Part shown: piece after piece, positions 52,888-64,000 of the stretch
How positions within the stretch are numbered: position 1 is the first letter of the stretch
Layout of the letters: the number at the start of each line of letters is the position of its first letter
Source of the DNA: Candidatus Margulisiibacteriota bacterium
Lineage (GTDB): Bacteria; Margulisbacteria; Marinamargulisbacteria; JBFWNS01
NCBI GenBank assembly: GCA_050250935.1
Contig: JBFWNS010000001.1
Location: 192,001 to 256,000 of the forward strand
Direction of reading: 5' to 3'
DNA: 64,000 nt
Translations under genes and position numbers: made by a program
Notes under the pieces: generated by a model
Told to the model about the DNA's origin: nothing
Seen by the model: the letters and a program-made list of their open reading frames with translations, nothing else
Database searches by the model: none

Positions 52888-54303
52888 ATGACTATTTCCA
52901 AGAAGAAAACCATCTATTTTATTGGCATCGGCGGTGCTGGTATGAGCGCAATTGCCAAAATTTTATTGGAACAGGGTTATAAAGTAAGCGGATCTGACCT
53001 CAAAGAAACCATTACCACCATTCGGTTAAAGGATTTGGGGGCCAAATTGTTTTATGGTCATGATCCCAAAAACCTGAGATCGGCCGACTATGTGGTGGTT
53101 TCCAGCGCCATTTCGGAAGACAACCCCGAATACACCCATGCCTTACAAGAAAAATTGCCGGTTTTAAAACGGGCCGAAATGCTCAACGAAGTGATGAAGT
53201 CTTTCCCCGGCCGGATTTCGGTTGCGGGCACCCATGGGAAAACCACAACAACCTCGATGATTACCCGGGTTTTGGAGTCTGCGAATCAAAAACCAACCTA
53301 TATTATTGGGGCCGAGATGGCCGATTATGGGGGCAGTGCTGGCCTTGGGGATGGCAATTATGTGGTGGCTGAATCTGATGAAAGCGATGGTTCTTTTCTG
53401 CATTTGGAAGCAACCATTGGGGTTTTAACCAACATCGAACCGGAGCACATGGATTATTACAAACGGGTCGACAATTTGTTTGGCCATTTTGTGACCTTTA
53501 TGAACGCTATTTTATCCCGAAAAGGCTACCTGGTTTTGAATGCAGATGACGCCAATTTAATGAGCTTGGTTCCCCAATTGTCTGACACCTCGTCCGTTAT
53601 TTATTACGGTATTGAAGCCGAGGCCAGCATTCGGGCACAATCGATTGTGCATTCGCCAACAGGTGTTCATTTTAACCTTCTGGTAAATGGAGAAGACATG
53701 GGGGAAGTTCTCTTGTCGGTGAAAGGGGTTCACAATGTGTACAATGCCCTGGCCGCCATTGCCTTTGGTCTTCGGGAACACCTGCCGTTGGATTTGATTA
53801 AGAAAGGCCTTATGAACTTTACAGGGGCCAAACGTCGGCTTCAGGTGATCGGACAAGTCAACGATATTATTGTCTATGATGATTACGGCCACCACCCCAC
53901 CGAAATCCGGGTGACTCTGGAGGGGGTTAAGCAAAGCTTGCAGCGCCGAACCATTTGTATTTTCCAACCCCATCGTTACACCCGAACCCGGGATTTATTG
54001 GAATCGTTTCCCACAGCTTTTGGCGCGGCAGATAAGGTGATTATCACCGAAATTTATTCGGCCAATGAGAAAAAAATATCTGGGATCTCCGGCAAGGTGA
54101 TCGTTGATAAGATGAAAAAACTTTACCCCCAAGTGGATGTTTGTTTTATCTCTAAAAAAAGCGATATCGCATCCAAACTGGCCCCCACCCTTAAACAAGG
54201 CGACGTGGTGATTACCATGGGTGCAGGCGACATTTACACCGTGGCCAAAGAGCTCTACGTCCAACTTAAAGAAGCTTCTCTGGATTTGACTCCCGCCGCA
54301 TGA
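52888..54303 (+). CDS. murC: UDP-N-acetylmuramate-L-alanine ligase
   Basis: FIGIGGAGMS, AGTHGKTTT, ESDESDGSF, DDYGHHPTE, FQPHRYTRT. Confidence 0.98.
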   Translation: MTISKKKTIYFIGIGGAGMSAIAKILLEQGYKVSGSDLKETITTIRLKDLGAKLFYGHDPKNLRSADYVVVSSAISEDNPEYTHALQEKLPVLKRAEMLNEVMKSFPGRISVAGTHGKTTTTSMITRVLESANQKPTYIIGAEMADYGGSAGLGDGNYVVAESDESDGSFLHLEATIGVLTNIEPEHMDYYKRVDNLFGHFVTFMNAILSRKGYLVLNADDANLMSLVPQLSDTSSVIYYGIEAEASIRAQSIVHSPTGVHFNLLVNGEDMGEVLLSVKGVHNVYNALAAIAFGLREHLPLDLIKKGLMNFTGAKRRLQVIGQVNDIIVYDDYGHHPTEIRVTLEGVKQSLQRRTICIFQPHRYTRTRDLLESFPTAFGAADKVIITEIYSANEKKISGISGKVIVDKMKKLYPQVDVCFISKKSDIASKLAPTLKQGDVVITMGAGDIYTVAKELYVQLKEASLDLTPAA

Positions 54304-55151
54304 TCGTTCGGCATGAGGTTCCCATCTCGACCCTGACCACCTTTAAAAATCAGGGTACGGTTGGCACGTTGACCCTATTGGAATCTCCCGACGATTTGGC
54401 TGCATTTTTTCCTTGTAAAACCCCATTTTTTGTTTTGGGAAAAGGATCAAATACCCTGATTAATCCCGAAGGACCGATTCAATCGTTTGTGCAACTGTCG
54501 CATCGGTTTATCGCGCCCAGTGTCGAGGGCCATCGCCTGACGGTTTCGGCAGGGACCACCGTCAACATGTTGATGAATTTGGCCGTTCAGCATGGGTTGT
54601 CGGGGCTGGAGTTTTCGGCCGGTGTCCCCGCCAGTGTGGGGGGGATGGTGGCCATGAACTTTGGGTGTTGGAGCAGCGAGGTGGCCGATGTTTTGCTTCG
54701 AGCCTGGGTATTGGACCCGAACACCGGAAAAACCGAATGGTTGTCCAAAACGCAACTGGCCTTTGGCTATAGAAAATCAATCATGTCGACCTCTGATCGG
54801 ATTGTTTTGGCGGCTGAATTTGACCTGAGTCCAGACTCCCCAAAAGCCATTGAAGGCCGTATTTTGGCCAATATTCATACCCGCTTGTCCAAACAACCCC
54901 TGCGCGCCAAGACTTTTGGCAGTTGTTTTAAGAATCCAGATGGCCATTTTGCCGGAGCACTGATCGAAGCGGCCAACCTTAAAAACTTTCGGATTGGCGA
55001 TGCTGCAGTTTCTGAAAAACATGCGAATTTCATGGTCAATCTTGGCAATTCTAATTTTTCGGATATAGAATCACTTATTCGAACCCTTCAAGCGCGTGTC
55101 TTATCGCACGCCAATATTCAACTCGAACCGGAAGTGAAATTGGTCACATGA
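54300..55151 (+). CDS. murB: UDP-N-acetylenolpyruvoylglucosamine reductase
   Basis: LGKGSNTL, GVPASVGGMVAMN, FGYRKS, GSCFKNP, SEKHANF. Confidence 0.96.
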   Translation: MIVRHEVPISTLTTFKNQGTVGTLTLLESPDDLAAFFPCKTPFFVLGKGSNTLINPEGPIQSFVQLSHRFIAPSVEGHRLTVSAGTTVNMLMNLAVQHGLSGLEFSAGVPASVGGMVAMNFGCWSSEVADVLLRAWVLDPNTGKTEWLSKTQLAFGYRKSIMSTSDRIVLAAEFDLSPDSPKAIEGRILANIHTRLSKQPLRAKTFGSCFKNPDGHFAGALIEAANLKNFRIGDAAVSEKHANFMVNLGNSNFSDIESLIRTLQARVLSHANIQLEPEVKLVT

Positions 55152-56059
55152 ACCTGCCCTTTAAAGATAAAACCGTTGCCGTCATTTGTGGGGGTTATTC
55201 CTCTGAAAAAGAAGTCTCGATTCGGTCTGGCAACAACATTTATGCCGCCCTTAACCAAAAAGGGTACACCACCCTTTTAATCGATCCGGCCACCTCGGCT
55301 TTAAGCGATCACACCTTCGATGTTGCCTTTATTGCCTTGCATGGGGCCCTGGGTGAAGATGGGGCCATCCAAGCCTATTTCGAGCGAGAAGGGATTCCCT
55401 ATACCGGCTCTTCGGCGGCGGTCTCGGCCCTGGCCATGAACAAACTGATGACCAAACAGGTCCTGATTCGCCATGGCCTTCCAACCCCTGCTTATAAAAC
55501 CCTGACAACTCCCTGTTCCGGGGAAGACCTGGGCCTGCCCTTTCCGGTTATTTTAAAACCTATCGACGAAGGCTCCAGTGTGGGTGTCGAGTTGATTGAA
55601 GGCCCGGGATTGTTTAAAGAACGCTGTTCGGCCCATTTGCAACAGTTTCCGTTTTTGTTGGCCGAAACCTTCGTTCCTGGCAAAGAGATTACGGTGAGCG
55701 TGATCGAAAAAAATGGTGCCCCCCTAACCCTGCCCATTTTGGAACTTCGCCCCAAACACGCCTTTTATGACTATCAAGCCAAATATACCCAAGGACTGAC
55801 GGATTTTATTTTGCCAGCCTCTTTGGATGCAGAACTGACAGCCCGGTGTCAGGCTTTGGCTTTGCAGGTTCATCGCTTGTTAGGGTGCCGAGGGATGTCC
55901 CGCACCGACATGATTGTTCATGAGGACCAAGGTCCCTTTGTTTTGGAAATTAACACCATACCAGGCATGACGGATTTGTCAGACCTTCCTGCCCAAGCCC
56001 AGCATGCGGGTATCGCTTTTGCGGATTTGGTGGAATTGATTTTAAATAGCGCACAATGA
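55148..56059 (+). CDS. ddl: D-alanine-D-alanine ligase
   Basis: GGYSSEKEVS, LHGALGEDG, EGSSVG, FYDYQAKY (Tyr typical of D-Ala-D-Ala ligases), LEINTIPG. Confidence 0.97.
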   Translation: MNLPFKDKTVAVICGGYSSEKEVSIRSGNNIYAALNQKGYTTLLIDPATSALSDHTFDVAFIALHGALGEDGAIQAYFEREGIPYTGSSAAVSALAMNKLMTKQVLIRHGLPTPAYKTLTTPCSGEDLGLPFPVILKPIDEGSSVGVELIEGPGLFKERCSAHLQQFPFLLAETFVPGKEITVSVIEKNGAPLTLPILELRPKHAFYDYQAKYTQGLTDFILPASLDAELTARCQALALQVHRLLGCRGMSRTDMIVHEDQGPFVLEINTIPGMTDLSDLPAQAQHAGIAFADLVELILNSAQ

Positions 56060-56898
56060 GAAAAAAGGCCCTGTCTTCCACCCAAAAACGACGACGCCTT
56101 TTGGCTTTGGGATTATTGTTCGCCCTCGTTGGACTTATCGTTCTTTTCAAACTTCCTCAGCTTAAAATTCAAACCGTGATTGTTGAAAACTGTCGTCTTT
56201 CTGATCCCAAATTGGTATACCCCACTGCAGAATCGATGAAGGGTCGGAATATTTTATGGGTCAAATTAATCGCATCACCGGCATCGAAACTGGTGGCTGT
56301 GAATCCGAAATTGGCGAGTTGTCATGTGTCGGTGGTGTTGCCCAAGACCTTGATACTGACCCTGACCGAAAAAAAACCTTGGATTACCCTGGTCGACGAA
56401 GGGGGACATTGGTATCAATTTTCGGAAGACGGGAGCTTGCTTCGGGATGGGGACGGAACACCGCCCACCACTCGGGATGAGCCTTTGGTCCTTGGGGTCC
56501 CAAAACGGTTTTATCCCAAACATGTCCTAAGCCCCAACGCATTAAGCAATATCAACAAACTGGTAGCCAGGCTTCATTTTCATTTTCCACACGCTTTTTT
56601 TGAAATTCATTTTGATGTATTCTCATTTGATCCTAAAACACAGTTTTTGAGCAAAATTACGGTGTTCCAGGACCATCTTCCGATTCCCATGAACCTTGGC
56701 AATATGGAGAGTATGGACCTAAAATTAAGGACACTAAATCAGTTTTTATCGGCGTACATGACCCTTCATTCGCTGAAACCGGAAGATTTGCCAAAGCGAT
56801 TGGATCATGTGGACGTCAGCTTGGGACAAAAAATTATTGTTGGGGAAAAAATGCACACTTTTGAACGCGTTGTAACCGAAAATAGCCATGGCCAGTAA
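56056..56898 (+). CDS. ftsQ: Cell division protein FtsQ/DivIB (divergent)
   Basis: Basic N-tail, single TM, POTRA-like segment ending LPKTLILTLTEKKP; ddl-ftsQ-ftsA synteny. Confidence 0.8.
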   Translation: MRKKALSSTQKRRRLLALGLLFALVGLIVLFKLPQLKIQTVIVENCRLSDPKLVYPTAESMKGRNILWVKLIASPASKLVAVNPKLASCHVSVVLPKTLILTLTEKKPWITLVDEGGHWYQFSEDGSLLRDGDGTPPTTRDEPLVLGVPKRFYPKHVLSPNALSNINKLVARLHFHFPHAFFEIHFDVFSFDPKTQFLSKITVFQDHLPIPMNLGNMESMDLKLRTLNQFLSAYMTLHSLKPEDLPKRLDHVDVSLGQKIIVGEKMHTFERVVTENSHGQ

Positions 56899-58087
56899 AG
56901 ACGGCTATTACCTGGGAATCGACATTGGGTCTTCCAAAATTGCGGCGGTGATCTGCGATATCGACGCCAACGCCCAAATTAATCTGAAGGGGCTGGGCTC
57001 TAGCCTGACTTCGGGGTTGGTACGGGGCAAAATTGACGATATGGACAGCTTAAAATCGGCCATTGAAAGGGCCATCAAGCGGGCCGAACGCACGGCCGAA
57101 ATCCGACCCAAACGCGCCATGATTGCCATTCCCTCGTATCGGCTGGAGTTTGTTCATTCCTTTGGCAGCTTAAAGCTTAAAGAAGAGACGTCTCAAGTTT
57201 GCGAAGAAGACAAGGCCGAGTGTATTAAACGGGCCAAAAACATGGTCCCAACCCACCAAAAAACCATTTTGCATGTGGTGCCCTTAACCTACAAAATCGA
57301 CGGGCAAGTGGCTGCAGATCCGATCGGACAACAAGGCCGTATTTTGGAAGTCGAGACCCTGATTGTGCTGGTGGACCATGACTTTATTCAACAACTGACC
57401 CATGTTTTGCATGGCCTTGGCCTTCATATTAGTGGGTTGGTCTATGATTTATTGGCATCTGGCCAAATTTTGGTGACAGAAGAAGAAAAAAATTACCACA
57501 GTCTGATTTTGGATATTGGGGGAAAATTCACCAAAGTGGGTGTTTTTCGACACGGGTTGCTCGAACATTCTTGTGTTCTGCCCTTGGGCGGAGACAGCTT
57601 CACAGCCGATTTGGCTTATTGCCTTAAAACGTCTTGGCAGGAAGCCGAGCGCATTAAATTGAACCATGGCACCACCGCCTTGGCCGCACTTGACCCTACC
57701 GAAACCGTGACGGTGATGAACAAAGAAGGGGTCGAAGAGCAGGTTAAACTTCGCCTGATCGGCCAAATTTTGCAGGCCCGTGCCCTGGAAATTATTCAAC
57801 TGATTAAGAAAGAATTAAACCCTAAATCCTATGACATTCAGCGCAGCATTTTAACCGGTCGTGGCACCTTACTTCATGGCATGAGCCATCTGGTTCACAC
57901 CCATTTCAAGGCACCCGTTCGATTGGGTTATCCCGAGAACATTAAGCCCATTGTCGACCAAATTGAATATGCCAGCGCCGTTGGCGGCATTTTATTTGGG
58001 CTTCGCAGCAAGGCCATTTTGCCTCAGGGGAAATCGAAATATAAGGTATCCACCCTGCTGAACAAGTGGATGCGGGATTTCTTCTAG
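56888..58087 (+). CDS. ftsA: Cell division protein FtsA
   Basis: GIDIGSSKI, LDIGGKFT, GGDSFTADL, EAERIK, C-terminal amphipathic helix KWMRDFF. Confidence 0.95.
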   Translation: MASKDGYYLGIDIGSSKIAAVICDIDANAQINLKGLGSSLTSGLVRGKIDDMDSLKSAIERAIKRAERTAEIRPKRAMIAIPSYRLEFVHSFGSLKLKEETSQVCEEDKAECIKRAKNMVPTHQKTILHVVPLTYKIDGQVAADPIGQQGRILEVETLIVLVDHDFIQQLTHVLHGLGLHISGLVYDLLASGQILVTEEEKNYHSLILDIGGKFTKVGVFRHGLLEHSCVLPLGGDSFTADLAYCLKTSWQEAERIKLNHGTTALAALDPTETVTVMNKEGVEEQVKLRLIGQILQARALEIIQLIKKELNPKSYDIQRSILTGRGTLLHGMSHLVHTHFKAPVRLGYPENIKPIVDQIEYASAVGGILFGLRSKAILPQGKSKYKVSTLLNKWMRDFF

Positions 58088-58099
58088 ACGGTTCTAGCC

Positions 58100-58681
58100 C
58101 TAGCGCAATACCTGCATTCGATCCAAAGGCCAGAAGGTGAAAAAGGCCCTGCCCAACAAATCTTGGGACGGAACAAACCCCCAATAGCGAGAATCCAAGG
58201 AATTGGCCCGATTGTCGCCCAACATGAAATAGGAATCAGCTGGCACGGTAATAGGCCCATAATTGGCCCCATCGTTTTGAATGTTTACACCTGGCAAAGT
58301 GGTGAGCTTGCCATTGATGTACAGCTCTCCGTCGATGAGCTGAACGGTTTCTCCGGGCAACCCAATGCAGCGCTTAACGTAGTCTTTGCCATCGTGGAAG
58401 GGGGATTTAAACACCACGATTTCGCTTCGTTTTGGCTTTTCAAAAAAGTAGACAAATTTGTTTACAAACAACCGATCCCCAACCATCATGGTGGGAATCA
58501 TAGAGCCTGTGGGCACCAAAGACGTTTGAACAATATAAGTTCGAATTAAAAGGGCCATGGCCAAGGCCACCACAACGGTTTCCACCACATCAACCAAAAA
58601 ATACCGAACCAAGCTTTTGGCTTTAAGGTCTTTTTTATAGGTCTCCCAATTTTTGAGTTTGGTTTTAATCGCTTGAATCAT
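58100..58681 (-). CDS. lepB: Signal peptidase I
   Basis: PTGSMIPT (catalytic Ser), YVKRCIGLPGE (Lys), GDNRANSLDSRYWG. Confidence 0.96.
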   Translation of the reverse strand: MIQAIKTKLKNWETYKKDLKAKSLVRYFLVDVVETVVVALAMALLIRTYIVQTSLVPTGSMIPTMMVGDRLFVNKFVYFFEKPKRSEIVVFKSPFHDGKDYVKRCIGLPGETVQLIDGELYINGKLTTLPGVNIQNDGANYGPITVPADSYFMLGDNRANSLDSRYWGFVPSQDLLGRAFFTFWPLDRMQVLR

Positions 58682-58758
58682 CTCGACACCCTTCGAACAA
58701 CGTTAGAATTTTTTAAAAAAGATAGCATCCTTTCAATGCCCTGTCATGATCTGAAAAT

Positions 58759-61051
<2,293 letters not shown>

Positions 61052-61062
<11 letters not shown>

Positions 61063-61474
61063 AACCCTCCGCGAAGCCCTGGAAAACCTGTCTAAAAAGC
61101 GCCACCTGCTAACCGACGAAGCCATCAAAGCCAAGGACAATTACGACAAAATCAAAGCCCCAGAAGCGCCAGCTTCGACCAGCGAAAAACAGTTCAAAAA
61201 AAATCTGGCCGTTCTTGAAGAATTCAACGACAGTGTCCATATGCTTTCGTCTATTTTTCGGAAATCCAAATTCGATGAATTGGCCTTGTTTTTGTCTCAA
61301 CCCGGTCGGGTTTTTATTATTAATTTTTTTATTGGTATTGTGCGTGGCGTGGGATTCGCCGTTGGGTGTTTAATGATTACCTTTTTGATGGCCTATTTGG
61401 TCAAAGAATCGGTAACCCTGGCCCATTTGCACCATTGGGTGGTGTTTATTAAAACACTGTTTTTAAAAGCATGA
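61052..61474 (+). CDS. Membrane protein, DUF5665-like
   Basis: Start ATG 61052; [22 protein letters not shown] resembles the DUF5665 motif as I recall it. Confidence 0.6.
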
Positions 61475-61941
61475 CGATTTTTAGCAAGGGGTATACCCGG
61501 TTTATTGTATTGGGCTTTATTATCGACCAAATCACCAAGATGATGGCCCAAACCAATTTGTCTTTTTTTGAGCCAACAGAAGTGATTCCAAACGTCTTGC
61601 AATTCCAATTGGTGAACAATTTCGGGGCTGCATACGGCATTTTGCAAAACCAACGTTTTTTTCTATTGGGGATTGGTCTTATTGTCCTGGCTGGCTGTTA
61701 TGTGTTTCGAAGCAAACTGGGCACCAGCACCTGGTCGCGATTGGGCTTAAGCTTTCTGATGATTGGCATCGCCGGCAACGTCTTTGATCGTTTGTGGCGT
61801 GGCTTTGTAATTGATTTTATCGACATCCATGTGATTCCGGTGTTCAACCTGGCTGATGTTTGCATCAACATTGGGATGGCCCTGTTTATATTGGAACTTT
61901 TTGCACCCCGTGGAACTCAAAAGCACCGCCGACGACGTTAG
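61471..61941 (+). CDS. lspA: Lipoprotein signal peptidase II
   Basis: DQITK, NFGAAYG, GNVFDR, VIDFI, FNLADVCI. Confidence 0.96.
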   Translation: MTIFSKGYTRFIVLGFIIDQITKMMAQTNLSFFEPTEVIPNVLQFQLVNNFGAAYGILQNQRFFLLGIGLIVLAGCYVFRSKLGTSTWSRLGLSFLMIGIAGNVFDRLWRGFVIDFIDIHVIPVFNLADVCINIGMALFILELFAPRGTQKHRRRR

Positions 61942-62776
61942 GCTGGACCTCTATTTGGCCGAATACTTGGGCCAAAGCCGGGGAGAGCTTCAAAAAAAGA
62001 TCAAACATGGGTTGGTTCGGGTCAATGGTGAGGTTGCCAAACCGGCATTGCGGCTTGCTCAGGGAGATCATATTGTTTTGTCTGAAGCGGAACCCTTGGT
62101 TTCTGCAGCCATTCTGCCCTGCCCCGTTCCCGATTTTTTATATGAAGACGCCGACATTGTCGTGCTGAACAAACCCGCTGGCTGCCTGGTCCATGCCGGA
62201 CAAGGACAAGAGAATACCGAAACCCTGGTGGATTATCTTGAACAACGCATGCCCTTGTCGACCCTGGCCGGAACGGGACGCCACGGGATTGTTCACCGTC
62301 TAGATCAATGGACAGAAGGCCTGATGGTGATTGCAAAATCCGATATCGCCTATACCCAGTTGGTGGCCCAGTTTAAGGCCCATACTGTTTTAAAACGCTA
62401 TTATGCCATGGTGTTGGGCAATCCCTTGAGCGACCATCAAACGGTTGATCAGCCCATTAAACGCAGCAACGCCAGCTTTACCAAATTCGTCGTAACTTCG
62501 CAAAAAGACGCCAATGCCAAACCCTCTACCACCCACGTTCGGGTCTTAAAACGCTTTCAAACCAAGACCTTGATCGAAGCCCAGCCAGTGACAGGACGAA
62601 CCCATCAAATTCGTGTACACTGCGCCTTTTTGGGCCACCCCGTGGTTGGGGATTCCCTGTATGGAAAAGCCAAAGAAGGGCAACAACAGCTCCAGGCTTT
62701 CACCCTGGGATTCGATCACCCCACGAAAGGGTTACGGTTGGTGTTTCAACTGCCACTCTCAGACCGTTTGGGATAG
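61910..62776 (+). CDS. RluA/RluD-family 23S rRNA pseudouridine synthase with S4 domain
   Basis: RLDLYL S4 domain, LNKPAG, IVHRLD, TGRTHQIRVH, GHPVVGDSLYG; GTG 61910 likely start; lspA-rluD synteny. Confidence 0.93.
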   Translation: MELKSTADDVRLDLYLAEYLGQSRGELQKKIKHGLVRVNGEVAKPALRLAQGDHIVLSEAEPLVSAAILPCPVPDFLYEDADIVVLNKPAGCLVHAGQGQENTETLVDYLEQRMPLSTLAGTGRHGIVHRLDQWTEGLMVIAKSDIAYTQLVAQFKAHTVLKRYYAMVLGNPLSDHQTVDQPIKRSNASFTKFVVTSQKDANAKPSTTHVRVLKRFQTKTLIEAQPVTGRTHQIRVHCAFLGHPVVGDSLYGKAKEGQQQLQAFTLGFDHPTKGLRLVFQLPLSDRLG

Positions 62777-63127
62777 GCCGCCCAGCAACACTTGGGTTAT
62801 AGGCCCTGTACTTGTCGCAATACGGTCTAGCAATTTTTGCCCATCTTGTTCGGGAACTTTTCCCTGAGTTAACCCTTGGGTTAGGGTTTCAGCAACGCTG
62901 GTTCTGACCAACTCGTCACTGGATCTGGCCAGTTCTGAGAGTCGATTAAAATCGGTTGGAGACATCATCGAGGTATTTTTCATGCGTTCCGAAATCAATT
63001 GAATCTCGGCAAAATGGTCCAAATGACTGCCCACCGAAAACCCTGGGGCAGACGAAGACCCACCGCGGCTGCTTGGCACACCGCCAAAAAACGCCCCCAA
63101 TCTTGATCCACCTTGAATGCCGCTCAT
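62759..63127 (-). CDS. Hypothetical protein with Gly/Ser-rich N-terminus and helical C-terminus
   Basis: ATG 63127 with GGAG SD; 122 aa; fills the gap between rlu and the next gene. Confidence 0.55.
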   Translation of the reverse strand: MSGIQGGSRLGAFFGGVPSSRGGSSSAPGFSVGSHLDHFAEIQLISERMKNTSMMSPTDFNRLSELARSSDELVRTSVAETLTQGLTQGKVPEQDGQKLLDRIATSTGPITQVLLGGLSQTV

Positions 63128-63189
63128 TTTGGCTCCGTACCCACAAATCGCAGGGTTTAAACATGGCTTTTTTTTGCTATAGTGCCTCC

Positions 63190-63906
63190 ATGCGATATTT
63201 GGGTTTTTACATCTTTTTTTGTGGGGTTCTGGGTCAAGCTTTGCTGGCCACTCCCAAAACCATTTTCGAGGCCCGGTATAAAGGGGCACCCGCTTATACC
63301 ATCGAGGTTGAGGCACAAAACGTGGTTCACCATGGACGCCCTCTAACCCTTCTGGAAACCCGAAGCCAAGGCCCAAACATTGAAGAACTGAACCAATGTC
63401 TGTTGGATGAGACTTTGCAGCTGGTCCATTTGTTCCAAACCTCTCAAAACGGGTATACCAAGGCCCACTATCAATGGGAGATTGACTTTTCTGATGCCAA
63501 AGGGCAGGTTACCTATGGGTCTTTGGGCAACCCCAAACGTCATCTGGTTTTGGTGACCCATCCCAATACCAGAACCCTTCAGACCTTTCTGTTTAGCCTG
63601 AAAGACCAAGATTTGGAACCCGGAACATCCCTACAATTTTGGATGCTGACCCCACCAGCCAGCTTGTTTTCAATGACTGCTACTGTGGTGGGCACTGACA
63701 CCTTCGATGGAGCTGGTCTGCGGCCGTTTTATTCGGATTGGGCTTCGAGACGGGACTGCTATCGGATCGAATGTCAGGTCTCGGGGCTATTTGGCTATCT
63801 ATTGCCCAAAACAACCCTCTGGGTTACCCAGAAAAAACCTCATATTCCCGTTAAGTATGTCGACCAGCAGCAAACCATTGTGCTGGTTAAAACGGTAGCG
63901 GATTGA
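63190..63906 (+). CDS. Hypothetical exported beta-rich protein (possibly DUF3108-like)
   Basis: Start ATG 63190 with signal-like MRYLGFYIFFCGVLGQALLA; C-terminal TLWVTQKKPHIPVKY. Confidence 0.6.
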   Translation: MRYLGFYIFFCGVLGQALLATPKTIFEARYKGAPAYTIEVEAQNVVHHGRPLTLLETRSQGPNIEELNQCLLDETLQLVHLFQTSQNGYTKAHYQWEIDFSDAKGQVTYGSLGNPKRHLVLVTHPNTRTLQTFLFSLKDQDLEPGTSLQFWMLTPPASLFSMTATVVGTDTFDGAGLRPFYSDWASRRDCYRIECQVSGLFGYLLPKTTLWVTQKKPHIPVKYVDQQQTIVLVKTVAD

Positions 63907-63907
63907 T

Positions 63908-64000
63908 CTAGCGCAATCGAAAGTGGTGGGCGATGTCCAAGACTTCTTCTTCCAAGCAAAACCGAAGCAAGGTTTTGTTTAAGTAGGCATAAACAATGCC
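63908..64000 (-). CDS. 3' end of an unidentified CDS entering from beyond the window
   Basis: Open frame ...GIVYAYLNKTLLRFCLEEEVLDIAHHFRLR* ending just after the convergent gene's stop. Confidence 0.4.
   Translation of the reverse strand, partial: GIVYAYLNKTLLRFCLEEEVLDIAHHFRLR

Noticed and set aside
62956..63376. Long mutual overlap of ORFs 62759-63376 (-) and 62956-63906 (+)
   Set aside because: Resolved as two divergent genes starting at 63127 and 63190, with an SD and a -10 box in the 62-bp gap.

Overview
Core-genome window with no rRNA, CRISPR array, integrase or transposase recognised. It comes from a diderm bacterium (TolC, SLH protein) that I infer belongs to a non-photosynthetic lineage related to Cyanobacteria, most plausibly Margulisbacteria-like. 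The basis is a compact RpoB with cyanobacterial-like motifs, an unsplit RpoC with a ~237-aa trigger-loop insertion, and no rpmD. Layout: (1) 1-20.2 kb: partial SLH surface protein, TolC-MacA-MacB exporter, four tRNAs, bioA, an RRM protein, an ArgB-NAT (NAGS-type) fusion, nhaA, a deoxyhypusine-synthase-like gene, gloA, typA, a convergent two-component pair, rmuC, dapA, slyD, serA. (2) 20.3-51.5 kb, minus strand: one uninterrupted transcription/translation supercluster from rpmG through tRNA-Trp, secE, nusG, rplKAJL, rpoBC, str, S10, spc and alpha to truA-rplM-rpsI. (3) 51.6-64 kb: a tubulin-tyrosine-ligase-like ATP-grasp gene head-to-head with murC-murB-ddl-ftsQ-ftsA (no ftsZ follows), then lepB, gap-pgk, lspA, an RluA-family synthase and hypothetical genes. 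Best leads: the TTL/TTLL-like ligase beside the cell-division operon; a recurring '-10 box 6-9 nt before ATG' signature (leaderless mRNAs) at eight genes; an unannotated structured ~230-nt region after tRNA-Phe; the intermediate-size RNAP SI3 insertion; and a spirochaete-like GAPDH. All homology calls are by motif recognition only; no searches were run.
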